Source: Macrostomum lignano (Eukaryota). Taken from it: DNA of 64,000 bases. Position numbers and translations under genes: made by a program. The stretch covers positions 434,001 through 498,000 of the forward strand of contig NIVC01000200.1 of NCBI GenBank assembly GCA_002269645.1. The letters run 5' to 3'. Every line of letters starts with the position of its first letter. The stretch's first letter is position 1. This document shows positions 62,057-64,000 of this stretch, piece by piece. The notes under the pieces are model-generated. The model saw nothing but the letters and a program-made list of their open reading frames with translations. It was not told where the DNA came from and did no database searches.

Positions 62057-62316
62057 CTAAGCATGGACGTCAACGTCAAGATGGCCAGTCACGGAGCTGA
62101 CGCTGGCGCAGTGGATCGCACTGGCCGTCCCCGCAGCAGCCGCAGCAGTGGCCTCTGTGGAGCTCGATTTGCCATCAGATACAACTTTCCGATCGCTGCC
62201 AGCCTGATCAGTGTCGTCTGATGTCGACAGGGCACCGGAGAACGGAGTCAGAAAAAGGCGAACTACCAGCTCGACCAGTTCGATCACAGTGATGATGCTG
62301 GCACCCATCCACAGGC
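62057..62316 (-). CDS. Terminal exon of a second DEG/ENaC paralog (second half of TM2 plus C-tail); upstream exons not found in the window
   Basis: Acceptor CTCCAG|GC, same phase-1 position as the last intron of the first channel; encodes [17 protein letters not shown]. Confidence 0.88.
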
Positions 62317-62329
62317 CTGGAGGGCGGCA

Positions 62330-63048
<719 letters not shown>

Positions 63049-63637
63049 GGCAGTCACTCAGTCAGTTAGCCAGTCTTCAGTGCCATCGCAGGTAAAGAAG
63101 AAACCCCAGTCTGCAAACCTCACGTCAATCATCATGTTTGACATGGGTAATTAATTTTCAGATCAACTTACTACGGAAAATAATTTAGGCTCGTTAGTTA
63201 GTAGGACATTACTTTCCATACTGGAGTCAGCATCGGTCTGTTACTTTTTAGTGCTGTACTTTGAGAAAGGAACTTTCAAATATTTGCTCACCCCATCACT
63301 AACGGCCTATAGCTGGCAGTCGATTTGAGAATATGAGAGAAAATATTGAATAAAGGTGCTCAAGTGTGTGCAGGCAGCTGCTCAATCTTCTCAGTAATGA
63401 AATAATGGATTGATTGATTACTGGGCTGAGTTTGCCAGACTGGGGTGGCACTGCGACAAGTGTGACCTGATTAACACTTTAACAGACGGCGTGACTTGGA
63501 ATTCAGTTCGGCAAAATTTTTATAAAGCATGAAACAGAATTTTAGTGGTCCTCGGCTTTTGCTTTCAAAGGATTTATAAATCTACTGAATTGATTTGAGT
63601 GCTGCTTCAGACTTATGGCAAATACCTCCAGACATGG

Positions 63638-64000
63638 AATAGATGAGACAGCAGGACATTTCAATGACAGAGTAGATGAGACAGCAGGACATTTCAATGA
63701 CAGAGTGGATAAGACAGCAGGACATTTAGAAGACACAAAATGGATGAGACAGCAGGACATTTAGAATGTACACTAAATGGATGAGACAGCAGGACATTTA
63801 GAATGTACACTAAATGGATGAGACAGCAGGACATTTAGAATGTACACTAAATGGATGAGACAGCAGGACATTTAGAAGACACAGAGTGGATGAGACAGCA
63901 AGACATTTAGAAGACACAGAGTGGATGAGACAGCAGGACATTTAGAAGACACAGAGTGGATGAGACAGCAGGACATTTAGAAGACACAGAGTAGATGAGA
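63638..64000. repeat. 35-bp minisatellite (GAGTGGATGAGACAGCAGGACATTTAGAAGACACA)n
   Basis: Period of 35 checked between 63891 and 63926; runs off the window end. Confidence 0.93.

Overview
Repeat-rich animal genomic DNA with GT-AG introns that are largely filled by minisatellites. The style suggests a flatworm such as Macrostomum (inference, not proven). I spliced eight protein-coding loci by hand with phase-consistent junctions. On the + strand: an uncharacterised HAD-like hydrolase (2 exons), a C1orf43/NICE-3 homolog (2 exons), a tafazzin-family acyltransferase (3 exons), an ATF7IP/Windei-like protein with a 17-aa repeat expansion and C-terminal FN3-like domain (2 exons), and a USH1G/SANS ortholog (2 exons). 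On the - strand: a PAF-acetylhydrolase (6 exons, start exon not found), a complete DEG/ENaC channel (4 exons), and the last exon of a second DEG/ENaC paralog. Mobile DNA: two unrelated Crypton-type (DUF3504-like tyrosine recombinase) remnants, two copies of a tRNA-derived SINE, hAT-like and foldback MITEs, and a ~5.1 kb head-to-tail array of non-autonomous Helitron-like elements inserted into a minisatellite. Most long ORFs in the supplied track are artefacts of tandem repeats. Family assignments rest on recalled motifs; no database search was run.
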